A stretch of 64,000 nt of DNA from assembly GCF_003704095.1 (NCBI RefSeq), contig NW_020845022.1, positions 1 through 64,000 of the forward strand. The letters run 5' to 3'. Positions 1 to 13,011 of this stretch are shown in pieces. The notes under the pieces were generated by a model. The model was not told where the DNA came from, searched no databases, and worked only from the letters and a program-made list of their open reading frames with translations. Within the stretch, counting starts at the first letter, position 1, and each line of letters starts with the position of its first letter. A program made the position numbers and the translations under genes. Origin of the DNA: Pocillopora damicornis (lineage: Eukaryota).

Positions 1-289
1 AATGTAAGATGTACATTTCTTATGCATCCAAAAATCATGTAGATGAGGAAAGTGTTTGTGATAGAGCGGTAAAGAAATTCTACGAAATGAAGAAAAGAAG
101 AAAGTAAAACTGTAGAATTACACTTGACTGTGACTTGGTATGCATGTCACAATTTTTGGTTTAATATTACTACATAAATTATTAACTAAGACAAGGTGAA
201 TCTCACCAGTAAACTAATGCAAGAACTGCTGGTATTAAGAAACATGAGCACACTATATTCCAAAATTAAAGCTCTATTAATTACGTTAA

Positions 290-1620
290 CCCCTGGGGGA
301 CGAACTACAGCCACAGCTGTAGAAAATTACATCACCTATTTTTGTTGCTATTTAAAGCATGCCCGTGGGGAACTGAGGCTATTTATGCATTAAACCGCTG
401 GATAATAAAATGAAGCTCATTTTCAGCGAAAAGAGCGAATAAATAGCGATGAAGAGGAAGGGGAAAGTGATGGAGAATTGAAAACAGCGATGAAGAGGAG
501 CAAAACTACTCCAATATGAGATGGACATCTGCTATACAACCCCCAGAAGGCATAAATTTTCGAGAAGAGGTTGGTATGAGGGTAGAAATGGACAATGATA
601 GTAATTGTTTGGATTGCTTCCAACTTCTGTTTACTCATGATGTTTATCAGCTGATTATTCGTGAGACCAAACGGTTTGAGCATCAAAAACGGCAGCTTGA
701 GGACAATTCCCTGAGTGATCTCCACGATTTTACCCTTCCAGAGCTAAAGGCTTGGCTTGGGCTCACATTAGCAATGGGTCTTGTCAAAAAAAGCAATTTG
801 AAAGCTTACTGGTCAACTGATTCGGTCACCAAAACTCCACTGTTTTCTAGCACTATGTCAAGAGACCGCTACCTTCACATTATAAGATATCTCCACTTTG
901 TAAATAATTGCAATGCCCCAAACCAGACAGATCCCAACAGGGATAAACTGTGGAAAATTAGACCATTTTTAGATGCTCTTGTGCCCAAATTTACGGCTGT
1001 ATATGCGCCTTCTCAGAATTTATCTCTTGATGAGACACTGATCAAATTCAAGGGCCGTCTTCACTTCAGACAATTTTTGCCTTTAAAGAGAAGCAGATTT
1101 GGAATCAAAGGTTTTGTTATAGCAGATTCAACATCTGGCTGTGTACTTGGTACTTCTATTTACACTGGAAAAGAGGGTCCAGCGGCAAGCAAGGATTTGG
1201 CTCAGCTAGTTGTTCTAAAGCTAACAGAGCCTTATTTCAACAAAGGTTACAAATTGTTTGTTGACAACTGGTATACCAATGTACCTCTCTTTCTAGAACT
1301 GGAAAAAAAGGGAATTAGAGCCTGTGGAACAGTGAGGGGAAATAGAAAGTACCTACCTCAGGACATTGTTGACCAGCAATGCGAGCAGGTCAAAAGCCTT
1401 GTCAGGGGAGAATCGCTTTTCCGTCAAGTGGCAACCTCATCTGTGTGACATGGAAGGACCGAAAGCTGGTACATTTACTCTCAACTCTCCCTGAGGGTTT
1501 GGGAATCGGACAGGTAGAGAGAAGGGTGAAGTCACGAGGACAATGGCAAAGGCAGAACATCGCACAGCCACAGTTGATTAACCTGTACAACTCCATATAG
1601 GAGGAGTTGATTTGGGTGAT
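290..1620 (+). mobile_element. piggyBac (PGBD4-like) DNA transposon, left end plus decayed, 3'-truncated transposase
   Basis: TTAA at 286-289 is followed by CCCCTGGGGG, a typical piggyBac left end. ORF 516-1448 has SLDE and VDNWYT. After a frameshift near 1430 it continues as WKDRKLV..LST..YN and, past a stop, GGVD at about 1600-1611, so all three catalytic Asp positions are visible. No right TIR was found. Confidence 0.9.
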
Positions 1621-1649
1621 CTTGCCGAGGCGATTTCAGCCGTGTAGTA

Positions 1650-2200
1650 TTGCGATGACTTCATCAAGAGCCATGGCAAAAACGAATGTTTCAAAGATAT
1701 GCCACTGGTGAACTGGTTCTGTTGGACGCCACGTACAAAATGACAAGGTACGCAATTCCACTCTCTTTAGTTCGTGTACATACTAACGTGGGATATAAGG
1801 TTGTGGCTGAATTCATGTGCCAGTCAGAAGATCAAGCCTCTATAAATGAAGCACTTGCCATAATGAAGGGATGAAACCCAGCGAGGCATCAACGTACTTC
1901 ATGGTGGATTATTCCGATCCAGAAATCACTGCTTTTGTAGAACAATTTCCCAACAGTTTGGTGTACATTTGCAATTTCCATAGATTACAAGCAATGCACT
2001 ATTGGTAAAAGTCAAAGAAGAATGGCCTTTCCTCTGATGGGCAAGAGATATTCTTAAAGCTTATGAAGAGCATCAACTATGCTAACACAGTAGACAAATC
2101 CAAGAAGCGAGTGAACGCTTTGAAAGAATGCTGGCTTTAAAAAGACAAAATGGATGTTCAGAACTATGAAAACAACACATGGCTATCTTGCAAGGTTTAA
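1650..2200 (+). mobile_element. MULE (Mutator-like) transposase fragment, pseudogenised
   Basis: LLDATYKMTRYAIPL...VHTNVGYKVVAEF...ALAI, then after a stop and frameshift YFMVDYSDPEITAF.EQFP...YICNFH. This matches the MULE D...D...CxxH pattern. Confidence 0.75.
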
Positions 2201-2371
2201 TAAGATACTCCTTGTTGACAAAACGTTCTATCATATTTCCGACGGCCACGCCCATTAAAAGCTCTATCACAAAAAAAAATGAAAAATTTGGTAGTTTTGT
2301 GCTTACTATGATTTTTGTTACAATTGGTTACCACCAGTTTATTAAACTTACATGTTTATTACATCACTGGA

Positions 2372-2975
2372 CACCCAGTAGCCTTTGGTTGATTGGAAAA
2401 TAGTGATAGAAAAAATAGCTCGCATGTGCATGTAGCTGACAGATACTTGAACAATGAAAGGTTAGTCCTAAGTGAGGTCCAGGTTTCATTGAGAAATTTC
2501 TTGGAAAATGGAGGATCACCTAAGAAGAGCATGTATAAGGCCTTCTCTGCAACTCTCAGGCTCATTCAGGAATCTCCAAAAGACAATCACAATAAGACTG
2601 GCGCATTGGTAGTAGGTGATCACATCATGTGGCTTGCAGAGTGCATTACAAAGGACTTACCCTGGACGACTATAAAACACCATTGCCTTTCTCTTTGTAA
2701 ATAAATGTCCTTTTGATTTTTCAAAACACACTGTATCTGGTAATTTCGAGTGTTTAGTTCATTCTATTTTATGGATAACTTGAACGTTTTGAGGTCGGTG
2801 TAAAACCATGAATTAAGCCCTTTTTCATTATTATCATTATTTTTGTTGTTGTTGTTGTTATCATGATTACTATTATTATCATTATCATTTGATAAGACAG
2901 GTCAAGCCTGCCCATCAACAAGAAAATGCAATATCACAAGGTAAATCAAATCAAATATAAAATATATAAAGTTTG
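2372..2975. repeat. Dispersed repeat, copy 1 of 3
   Basis: Aligns by eye with about 5701-6095 and about 6925-7610 (shared GAAAATAG.GATA, CTCATTCAGGAAT and TGGTAGTAGGTG blocks). Confidence 0.85.
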
Positions 2976-3075
2976 ATCACTAGTACAGAAGGCAAAGCGT
3001 TTGCGAGTTGCTAAGAAAGCCTGACAAGTTCTTAAGAAAGCTGAGAAGAATGGAGCTTTCTATAGGAAACAATTT

Positions 3076-4415
3076 ATGCAGTTGGCCAAAAAGGTAATCA
3101 TCAAGGGCAAAAAAGGTAGACGCCCTGCTAAAAAGAAGTTTAATGATCATTCTAAGCATCACCAGAAGAGAATAAAAAACCCTTTGAAGGAGGAGTGCCA
3201 AACTACTCTGTCCTTTCTTAGGCTCTACAATTTTATTGCCACAAAAATTGAAGTGCTTAACACTGATAATAATCAGCATGAAACTTTTAATCTTGTTGAA
3301 GAGGGAGAACTGAGTTTCACAGAGTCTGATCCAAAGGAACTTACCAATGATGACCTTGATAATATAAACGTGGGGCTCTATCTAAAAGACAAGTTTAATA
3401 TTTCACATGAGGCCCTGCATGAAATTGCCATCAAAGCCAATGACGTTCCCAACACCTAATCCACTAAGAAGCGAATTATTGAACTAAACAGCAAATGGGC
3501 CCTGAGACCAACTCAAGGGGATGCTGAGGGTTTCCAATTACGATTTGCAGAATCCTTGCAAGAACATATTGTGAGACTTCAGCAAAATGGAGAAATCAAT
3601 GATGGAGGAACTATTAGGATAAAGCTTAGTGGTGATGGAACAAATACTGGAAAAAGGCTTACAGTTATCAACTTTACTTTCACCCTGCTCAATGAAAAGG
3701 AGGTGGCAATGGGCGAGAAGGGGAATTACGTACTCGCTGTTGTAAAAACTACAGAGACATATGATAATCTAAGAGAGAGCCTAGTAAACCTTCGGATGGA
3801 AATGTCAAACTTGACGGAAATAAGTGCAAATAACTGCACCTACAAGCTTGCATACTTCTTAGATGGAGACTGGAAATTTTGAGCACTGGTCTGTAGTCTA
3901 GGAAGGGCAAATGCGGATTATGCCTGTGTGGTGCAAGTGTACCAGGGAGCAACGATGGAACAAAGCAAAAAGTGGTCAATTGGTGACCCTACATTTGGTA
4001 CTAGGACTATTGAGGAAATAAAGTTTTCCACTGGAAAGAAATTCAACTGTAAAGTAAAACCACTATTTGATTTTATACCCATGGATCATGGATCATGTTA
4101 TCAGAGACACATTATATTTCTCTCTCAGGATTTCAGATGTTTTAATTGAATTGCTCACAAGGGAGTTGAGAAGAGGTGGTGCTATTGAAAAGAAAAACAT
4201 TATCTGATGGATTCCCAATAGATAAGCAGAAACACATGAGAAGTTATGAAGAATTTATCGAAAGTATTAGAATCTCTTTTAACTTTAGAATCAACAAGGA
4301 GAGTAAGAAGCCAGAATATAGAGATCTTACTGGACCAGAAAAATTGAAACTCTTTCAGAATGTAAATATCCCTTTCCTTCTCCCTCAGTGCAGTCAAAAC
4401 AAAGATATACAAGTC
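3076..4415 (+). mobile_element. RAG1/Transib-related (CMC-type) DDE transposase fragment, pseudogenised
   Basis: Motifs in order across stops and frameshifts: IKLSGDG, LDGDWKF*ALVCSLGRANADYACVWCKC, DTLYFSLRISDVL, YRDLTGPEKLKLF. These resemble RAG1 core motifs (ESCDG D600; GYDEK..CxxC D708; DALH; MNGNFARKL). Confidence 0.65.
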
Positions 4416-4478
4416 ATCTCCCTAAGCGAGAGCATATTTCATCGATATTCTCCACAATTTAAGTTTAGCCGATATATT

Positions 4479-4992
4479 ATTTCCTGAGAGGAAGAAGAAA
4501 AAGAGGTCTCCCTGTAAAAACCTTAGGATATATGAAGCAGAGCAGCTGATAGCAAGCTGGGAATACTTGGAGGTAAGAACTCTTACTTTTATCCAGTACA
4601 TGTCCAGATAAAATGAAGACTAATTAGGCATTGCTTTCATTAGGGAACAATATTCCTCATATAATGGAAAGGCTATAGTAGCTTTGAGAATACTTGGGAA
4701 GCAGAAGAAAACCTTTCCCCTTTGTTGTTGAGGTAATTCCTTTATTAATGAAAATTATTTATCATGGACTTTTTATCTCATTCGTCTTTCAGTTATTGCA
4801 AATATATAATTTAAGTCTGTTATATGCATTTGTAAATGCATTTGGTCAAAATCTATTAAAACTGGTGTAGTTTTCCAGAAACTTTGATTCTCCAAGACCT
4901 AAAGGGCACACTGTACAGAACAACGTCAACAGGATGAGACTTATGCTGTTGGAGGCTCTTAACCACAAGGGTCCTGAACAGAAAGTGTTTTA
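4479..4992 (+). pseudogene. Spliced chromodomain gene remnant
   Basis: Exons about 4479-4572, 4644-4732 and 4879 onward, with GT-AG introns, splice in frame to [49 protein letters not shown]. There is an in-frame TAA at 4662-4664 where K of KWKG is expected. Confidence 0.8.
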
Positions 4993-5279
4993 GAGTTTCG
5001 CATGATGTATTCAAGAATTTGCTTTCTGGGAGAGGAAAGGCAGCTGTAGAGTAGAACAGGATGCACTTAGAAGAGATTTATTTCGATGTAAGCTCTTAGA
5101 AGCAAAAGAAAGTACCTGTGGAACAAGCGAGAAATGCTGCTGCTGAAATAATTTATTGTTGAAGATTATGTTGTGAATGAACAGATTCCGCTGCACACTG
5201 CTTTGGAGTTGTTGAGAAAATTGCTGTTGAATTCACAGAAAGCTCTTCCAATCAAAGCATAGATCCAAGAGGTAAAATA

Positions 5280-5690
5280 CCAGTAGGATACTGTCTTGTT
5301 TCCATGGAAAGTCTTGTAGAATTTGCAAGAAGGATTCAATCAAATTCACCATGTTCTTCTGATGAGATGATTATTTTTTTCGCAATTTCCATAGTATTCA
5401 TCATAAGAGGTGCTTCTTTGTTAAGTTCCTTTTTATTTTTGTTGTCGCAGATCATGTAAATGGCCCCCAGAACTGTTTAAGGAAAAGATGTGAATTGCCA
5501 AGTGGTCTATGCTGCCAGTGAAATAGGGAATGGCAGAGAAGATATCACTATTGATTAGATGCCCGATTCAGTTGGCAAAAGCATCAGCTACTCTACAATT
5601 CAGTGAAGGAGCAACTGTAAAGCATGAGGTGACGCCAAGGCCTGAGCTAGCTGCTGGCGGCCATACCAGAAAGGAAAGCACCAGAAGAGA
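5280..5690 (+). mobile_element. Mutator-like transposase N-terminal fragment (second family), decayed
   Basis: PVGYCLVSMESL and DVNCQVVYAASEIGNGRE...MP..SWQKH resemble the N-terminal region of animal Mutator-like transposases. Multiple stops and frameshifts. Confidence 0.5.
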
Positions 5691-5700
5691 CTCTATTGTA

Positions 5701-6095
5701 CACCCAGTAACCTTTAGTTCATTAGAAAATAGCGATAAAAATGTGGCTCACATGTGCATGTAGCAGACAGATAGATTAACTTAAACAATGAAAGGTTAGT
5801 TCTAAGTAATATCCAGGTTTCAGTGTGGTGTTTTCTTGGAAAAATGGAGCGTCATTTAAGAAGGGCATATATGAGTCCTTCCCTGTGACTCTCAGACTCA
5901 TTCAGGAATCTCCAACAAACAGTCACAAAAAGACTGGTGCATTGGTGGTAGGTGTTCCCATAACAAGGCTTCCAAAGTGCAATATAAAGGACGTACCCTG
6001 GATGACTATAAAATAGCACAAAAATATCAAATATTTTAAGTTTGACCTTTCCTTGAAGCTTTCGCCAAAGCATCTGGTAAAGAATATTGTCCTTA
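5701..6095. repeat. Dispersed repeat, copy 2 of 3 (internally deleted)
   Basis: Matches copies 1 and 3. It jumps directly to the TTTAAGTTTGACCTTTCCTTGAAGCTTT block also found at about 7549-7610. Confidence 0.8.
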
Positions 6096-6099
6096 ACAC

Positions 6100-6570
6100 A
6101 GTCTTGTCAGAGTGGATTACCACATTCACATCCCTGAGATCATCATGTCAAGGCTACAAAAAGGAAAGAGTAACCCCATACATGTACATCATGGTGTACT
6201 ACGTAATTAGGTTAACGATGCCCCACAAAGGGTTAAAGAAACTTTCAGGCCAAGGTAAATGACTTAAAAGTATAATTTGTAGGAAATCAAAACCATTTAA
6301 CCCACCCATGTTTTCAGTGGTACTTCTCTACCATCATCTTGCACAGTGTGGTTGACAGACGACTGGAATCTCAAAGTTGCACAAATTTCGGAATATGCAT
6401 TTTACTCACTGTTATGCTGATTAGCAAAACTGACTCATCGTACTCTAACTTATTACACAACTGGGCAAAACAATTTGCCAACAGTAATGTTGTATGATAG
6501 CCCAAAAATCAAACAAATGGGATGCATGTAAAGACGTGCTTCTAGTCCTCGAAAGAGAAGAATATTAAAA
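6100..6570 (+). mobile_element. C-terminal fragment of a RAG1/Transib-related transposase
   Basis: ERVTPYMYIMVYYV...HKGLKKLSGQG followed by a GT donor, and later KSNKWDACKDVLL. This resembles the TxYxH...H...G...xxE region around RAG1 E962. Confidence 0.55.
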
Positions 6571-6924
6571 TAATTTTGAAAAATCACCAGACAGCACAAC
6601 AAAAGAAAAGCTACCCCCTGGGAAAATTACATCCACAAGAAGTGGGCAAAACAGTCATCCAATATACAGACAGAGAAAACATCCAACCTGTATGAGGCAT
6701 GTGAGAGCAATCAAGTAGATATTGACAATATGAACCCCACTGATCCTAGAGAAATAGAAGTAACAACTCATGCTAGAAACCTTAAAGAGCTCTAACAACA
6801 TTTGAAGGATGTAATGCTAGCTTGTAGTACAACATGTTAAATCTGTAGAGCTCATCACACGACTAGTAGAGCAGACCAGTACCTATGTACCCAACAACTG
6901 GGAAAAGTTCAAGAACTACTTGAC

Positions 6925-7610
6925 ATCCCGTAACCTTTGGTTGGTTGGAAAATAGTGATAAAAATTAGCTCACATGTGCATGCAGCAGACAGATACTTGA
7001 GCAATGAAAGGTTAGTCCTAAGTAAGGTCCAGGTTTCATTGACCTGAATTGAAGCATTTCAGGGAAAAATAGAGAATTAACTTAGAAGAGCATGTATGAG
7101 GCCTTCTCTGCAACTCTCAGGCTCATTCAGGAATTTCCAACGAGCAATCACGGTCAAACTGGTGCATTGGTAGTAGGTGTTCCTATTACATGGCTTGCAG
7201 AGAGCAATACGAGGACGTACCCTGGACAACTTTAAAATACCATTGCCAGACTCTTTGTAAAGAAATTTCCTTTTGATTTTAAATTTAAAATTTGTGTTGT
7301 TTGGTTTATTCTGTTTTATAAATACCTTGAACATTTAGAGGTCAGTTTAAAACCACTAATTAAGACCTTTTTTAATTGTTATCATTTTTTTTGTTTTTGT
7401 GATCATGATGATGATGATGATTGTTATTACTAAATAATATTATTATCATCATCATCTTTCAATGAAACAGGTCAATACCTGCACATCAACAAAAAATTGC
7501 AATGCCACAAGATAAACCAAATCAAACATAAAATATCAAATGTCAATATTTAAAGTTTGACCTTTCCTTGAAGCTTTAGCCAAAACACCTGGTAAAGAAT
7601 ATTGTCCTTA
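6925..7610. repeat. Dispersed repeat, copy 3 of 3
   Basis: Colinear with 2372-2975 over about 600 bp, including the ATC/GAT-rich spacer. Confidence 0.85.
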
Positions 7611-10600
7611 TCAAAGTCTTTTCCTTCAAAGAACACTCCTTAGAAGCAGATTATGAAAAGTAGTAAAGTTTGAGAATGTGCAGATTTGTCAAGTAATCAC
7701 ACTTGTAATCTGCAAATGTACAGTGGACTTGATACCATTGACAACAATGTCACAGAGCCTAAACTTGGTAACCACATTGTGTGAAGCTACAGCAACAATT
7801 CATCAGAAACATCTCCATTAATTTTGCATCTATTTTACACCTTCGTTGAGATGGGTAAAAAACGGTTTCATTCTTTTAAATACCCATTCCTTGATTGACA
7901 TGTTAGTTTACCATAGCAACACTAGAGTCTCTTCATAGCAACACTGCAATCTTTAAGAATATACCTTCATTTTAGCTCTACATGTCTCTACCTCAAACAC
8001 TGGTTTAGTGACCTCTGTTTTTCATTACTGACTTCAAATGGGGTTATCAAAGATTTACATTCAGCAAAGTTTGGCAAAAATCTGTACATACAGTCCACAG
8101 TCCCAATCCCATTCCTCCATTGCCACAGACTATTTCCAACGAGGATTGTACTTTTCATCCCTCTGTACACTCACAACACCAATGATAGTGGTCATCTCTG
8201 CCAGTGACAGACAAACATATCGATATAACCATAAAAGACATGCAAGTATATTACAAAGCAGGATTCGCAAAACTACAACACTGCAGCAATGACATAAGCA
8301 CTGGAAGGAAAGAGGAAATGAAGATAAAACAGACTGGAATACTGTGAGGCATCATGGAGATAGATAGAAGGTTATGACTAAGACAAAAAAAGCATCTCAA
8401 TTCTCTCTTCAACTGTGCATACTTTATGTAAAGCTCCCATTGGTTCATCAAAGTGATCATTAACAATATTATGGTAGTTTAATTAAGTATTTATCTCAGT
8501 ACCATTTTTACCAAAAATACTAATTACTAGCTGTTTCTTACACTCATATGTAAGGTGCATTAATGCATTTTACACACCATGTATCCCATAATGCTTAATC
8601 AATATTACTTATGTAAGGTACAATTCAGAACCTTGTTGTAATAGTGATCCAACAAAACCACTACTTTTTTAAACAATAGTGTGTTGGGAAATAAGAGCAT
8701 GGGACAAAAACCACAAGAAAACAAGATCAAAACTTTCAAGAGTTACTCCTTCTTGTGAAAAAAATAACTAAAATGTAACCCAGCCAAGAGCACAGGAAAG
8801 CACGTATTGGTAAAGATATCTCAAGGCAGTTCAACTGGTGAGCTGTTGCCTACCTACATGTTGGGCTTAAATAGGAAATCACATACTCACAGATGACGGT
8901 AAACATGCACTCATGATTAGCTAATAAAACCATTTAACTAAATGAGTGAAAGAGATTAAGGTGCCATCATTAAACAGCAAGATTGTGAAAAAAATTGCAT
9001 CAAGAAAGGGAACAAGAGAGTGAAAGGAAAAGATTTGTGTTGCAACATCTATGCAGTATTCCCTAAAAAGAACCCTCCAAAGGCAGATGGTATAGTTCAT
9101 GTTACCCAGAATTGAGTGACCTAAGGCAGTTTTATTGAACAAGAACAATACCTCAAGGATGAAAAAGATTTAAAAGCAAAGTGCAGTGGCAGATCTTCAA
9201 CAAGCTCCTTGTAAAGACATGCATCAGTTAGTAATAAGCCATATTTGCCCAGCTACACTAGCAGCAAGGGGACTTTCAATTGTTGGAAAGAAACACCGGT
9301 ACTTGCACGCCATTCCCCTTCAACAAATTGCATGAGAAGCAAAAGCAGTACTTCCAATCAAGAAAAAATCCCAAACAGGAACTTCAATATGCTATGTCAT
9401 CATCCTCAATTCAGCAAAAAGCTATCCCAGGGCTCTAAAAGAAAATTCAAATTTACCTTTCTAATCCAAAGGCTAGTGAGGGTTTCAATTTCATCAGAGA
9501 CATAGGCAACAGTGTGTATCCCTTTTGGACATTGTTAATGCTCAAAGGGCAAAGGGCTCAAAGGGTTTCCTCAGCAACAATTTGTGGTATTGAATTTTAC
9601 TGCATTCTAATAGCTTTAGGAAAGTCTGCGTCAACTAGATATTTCTCATTTTCCAAATGTTGTTCAGTTTCAATCAAATGCTCCTTTACCACCAAGTATA
9701 TAAAAGTTCATTGACCAACATTTTACAGCTTGTCTTTAGTGTGTTTTAATATCTTTACGAAACTGACATGGCTTTCAGCTGGGTAAGAGATACCAGTAAT
9801 GATTTACAATTTCTTAATGAGGCTTGGAGGGAAAAATCATCTAACACACTCAGCTATAAGCTGAATCCCACCCTTCAGAAAAAAATTTCATAAACTGAGT
9901 TTAAGTCATGAAAAAGTGGCTTGGCTTCTAGCCAAATAAATATGTCGTATGGAGAAAAATATTTCCCAGGTGCAACAAGACCACCTGTTGAGGAATAGCT
10001 TCAAAGAAGACCTCCTGATGTAGAGAGAAATTATGAGGTCATGTGCAAAATCAAACAAGACATTGCAAGAGTCCATATAAAAGAAGACCACATCCTTAAC
10101 ATCTCTTTGAGATGTATTTGGCAGTGGGGTAAATGGTATATGTTAGCATTGGTGATAAGTGGTAAATGCCAGCAATGATGATCTCTAGTCAACCCCCAAA
10201 AACTGATGTACCTCATGCTCTTCGTATTTACCACCCACATTTCAATATGTCCAGTGGCTTTGAAATCCCCACCTTCATATGGAGAAAACAATTGTACCCC
10301 ATGAAGCAGAAGTTCTGGACTCTCCTAGTTTATCACAATTTGCAGTGGAGAAATGATGCAGTCCACCGTGGAGAAGACCAATTCTAGGTGTTAATTGGAT
10401 AGTATCAAAATATGACAGCTTTAATTATTAGATGACAGTTTTATATCCCAGCTGAACAAAAAGCCATCTGTAAAAGATTTTGATATTATCTATATGTAGT
10501 ATTTGTGTATATAAATGATATTTAAATGCATGCTTGGGGTGTCTTTCAATGGTTTATCCAAACAAGATAAAATAAAGATGTCAAGGGTTTACCAACAATG

Positions 10601-10811
10601 AAAACTGTTGAGTTAGCCTCTAGAAGTGCAAAAACAAACTACCTAATGTAACAACACAAGTACAAAGATTGACGAAATGCAAGAAAATAAACAAGAGTAT
10701 TGATTTAATATAACAAACCGTATGATGATATCAGGGCCAGTCTTCAACTCAACGATCAGTGGAAGATTTCTTATCGTAATAAGTACCAAAGTGCATAAAT
10801 TTGCATACCGC

Positions 10812-11400
10812 TATCAAAATATATAAAGGTCTTATCTAACCACATTTTGACTACTGCAGTGTTGTTTGGGATGGCTTGTCTCAGCAGCTGTGTGAGAGAC
10901 TACAAAAACTACAAAATCGCGCTGCTAGAGTAATTACTAAATCAAGTTATAATATGAACTCTAGCTATCTTCTCAACTCTCTCAGCTGGGATAACTTATC
11001 AGTCAGAAGGACGAAGCAAAAGGCAAATTTAATGTACAAATGCGATAATAAGCTCGCCCCAAATTATCTTTGTAACATGTTCACTACGAGAACTCTGCCC
11101 TTTGATCTTTGTGACACAAGTCAAAAATGTACTTGCCGAAACCAAGAACTGACTACCTGAAGCATAGCTTCAGTTATAGCGGAGCTTCTCTTTGGAACGA
11201 TCTTCCTGAGGATATACACACTACAAAATCTCTACGCAACTTCAAGAGAAGAACTGATAAATGGCTCTCTGTATCGGACTCCCACATGGCAAATATGTAA
11301 ACCAGTTAATAGAAAATTTTACTTAAGATAAATTTCTCCTTTGTTTTCTATTGTCATACTGATATTTTTACCGTGTTTTAAATAAAGTTTCCATTCATTC
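10812..11400 (+). mobile_element. 5'-truncated LINE (L2/CR1 group), 3' end of ORF2 plus 3' UTR
   Basis: PHFDYCSVVWDG...LQKLQNRAARVIT...LSW...APNYL, then LPKPRTDYLKHSFSYSGASLWNDLP. It ends in AATAAA followed by a CATTCATTC tail. Confidence 0.85.
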
Positions 11401-11799
11401 ACCAATGAATTTATTTTTTTCTAAAAATGTGCTTTCAAATACAGAAAATGCATAATTACAACCTTACCTTTATTTAATGGTTTTGTTTTATGGTTTCATT
11501 TTAAAAGCTGGGGTGGGGGGGGGGGGGGGGTCTTTTTAAGGAAACCTTCCTAAGATTATCATTAGTGAGTGATTAACTTACAAACATGTTAATCACCGTT
11601 TTGATCTCTCCCCTGTGTTGTTAGACCAAATGACACATGACAGTATACATTTCTCTTTTCTATTGGTCAAAATAAAGAATTATCAAATAAAAGCCATTTC
11701 TATCAGTCATTGATGGTGGAAGAGAAGAGAGTGCGACCAATCACTTTCAAATCAAGTGGTTTCTCAACTATTTACTCTGCCTAGATCTACTGCACTTTG

Positions 11800-12585
11800 T
11801 TAATGAAGCTAACACATGATGATTAAGCTGCGCTGTATGAGGACCTCAAAAAATATGGAAGGTTTACTGAACTTTGTTGGCTGCTCAGCCCTAAGCCTCT
11901 TAAAGTCAGCATGCTACCCATGCCTTCTATTGAGGAAATTATGGTCTCTGAGGAATTTCCTCAGGCTAGAGGGATCCAACAACAGCTGGACTGTTTGATT
12001 TGCATAACTAAATAAGATGAAGATGAAATTTTGAGGATCAGCCACCAACAGTTGGCCAAAGAGACAATCCTGCTTAGCACATCACAAGAAAGGGTCAACT
12101 TACAACCAGTAATTTGGGCTCTGTCCTAAAGATAATTAGAATCACTCCATCCCCTCTGAAGCCACTCCTAGGAGAGTACAACTTATCAAGAGTCAAAACA
12201 GTGCAGTGGGGGTGGACAATGAAGAGAAAACTATCAAAGCATTCACCCTCAGAACTGGTAAGACAGTCAAAGAAACAGGCATCTGGTTCCATTCCCCTTG
12301 GAATCCTTGGGACATCTCAGGATGGTGTTGATAATAAAATTGTTCTGGAAGTGAAGTGCCAATATACAGAAAGAAATGTCTCAATAGAAGAGGCTGTTAA
12401 GTCAGCAGCATGGTGGGAGTGGGCTAGGCTATGAACTTATGAAAGACCATATGTATTGGCACCAAATACAGGGGGGAGATGTACTTCTCGCATAGAAAAT
12501 TATGTCTTTTTGTTGTATGGACCACAAAAGATGTTGCCATTGTAAAAATAGAAAAAGATGAAGCATGGGCAGCAAACATCCCATG
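11800..12585 (+). pseudogene. YqaJ/lambda-exonuclease domain gene, decayed (transposon-associated type)
   Basis: Across frameshifts: TVGQRDNP, RKGQLTTSNLG, VQWGVDNE, LGTSQDG, VLEVKCQY, HMYWHQIQGEMY, CLFVVWT. This is the PD-(D/E)xK YqaJ motif series. Confidence 0.8.
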
Positions 12586-13011
12586 CTCAACACAATCTCA
12601 TTGAAATAATCTATTTGAAATTAACTGTGCAATGCCCCAAATATGATCAGAATGTTGTTTCAAACTCCATTTCTTTTATCTTTATTTTTACAATAAATCA
12701 TTACTAGGAAATCCTTGTGGTCAGTTGTTGTCTGGAATTGTTCTTACCAGATTTAGTTATGTTGAGAGAGGAAACAGTCTTACCTAAGCTGAAGATATAT
12801 AACCCAAGGCAAGTAGATAACAGCTACTTGAGGAAGTATGGGAGTACAGCTCTAAGTAAAACCTGATGCAAATATGATATTTTAGGTAAAAAATAATAAT
12901 AAGCTCAAACAAAAATGAAACAAAACAACTTAACACAATGAAGGCTGACCGCAAAATGCCTCACCCTACTAACAACCTAACCTTACAAACTATGATCCAA
13001 TTACTCTTTAT

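Noticed and set aside
7620-10400. Coding-like degenerate stretches, including a DCGLYV (Ulp1-like) word on the - strand near 8100
   Set aside because: Too many stops and too little motif support to assign a family or strand. If real, it would weaken the strand-bias finding.
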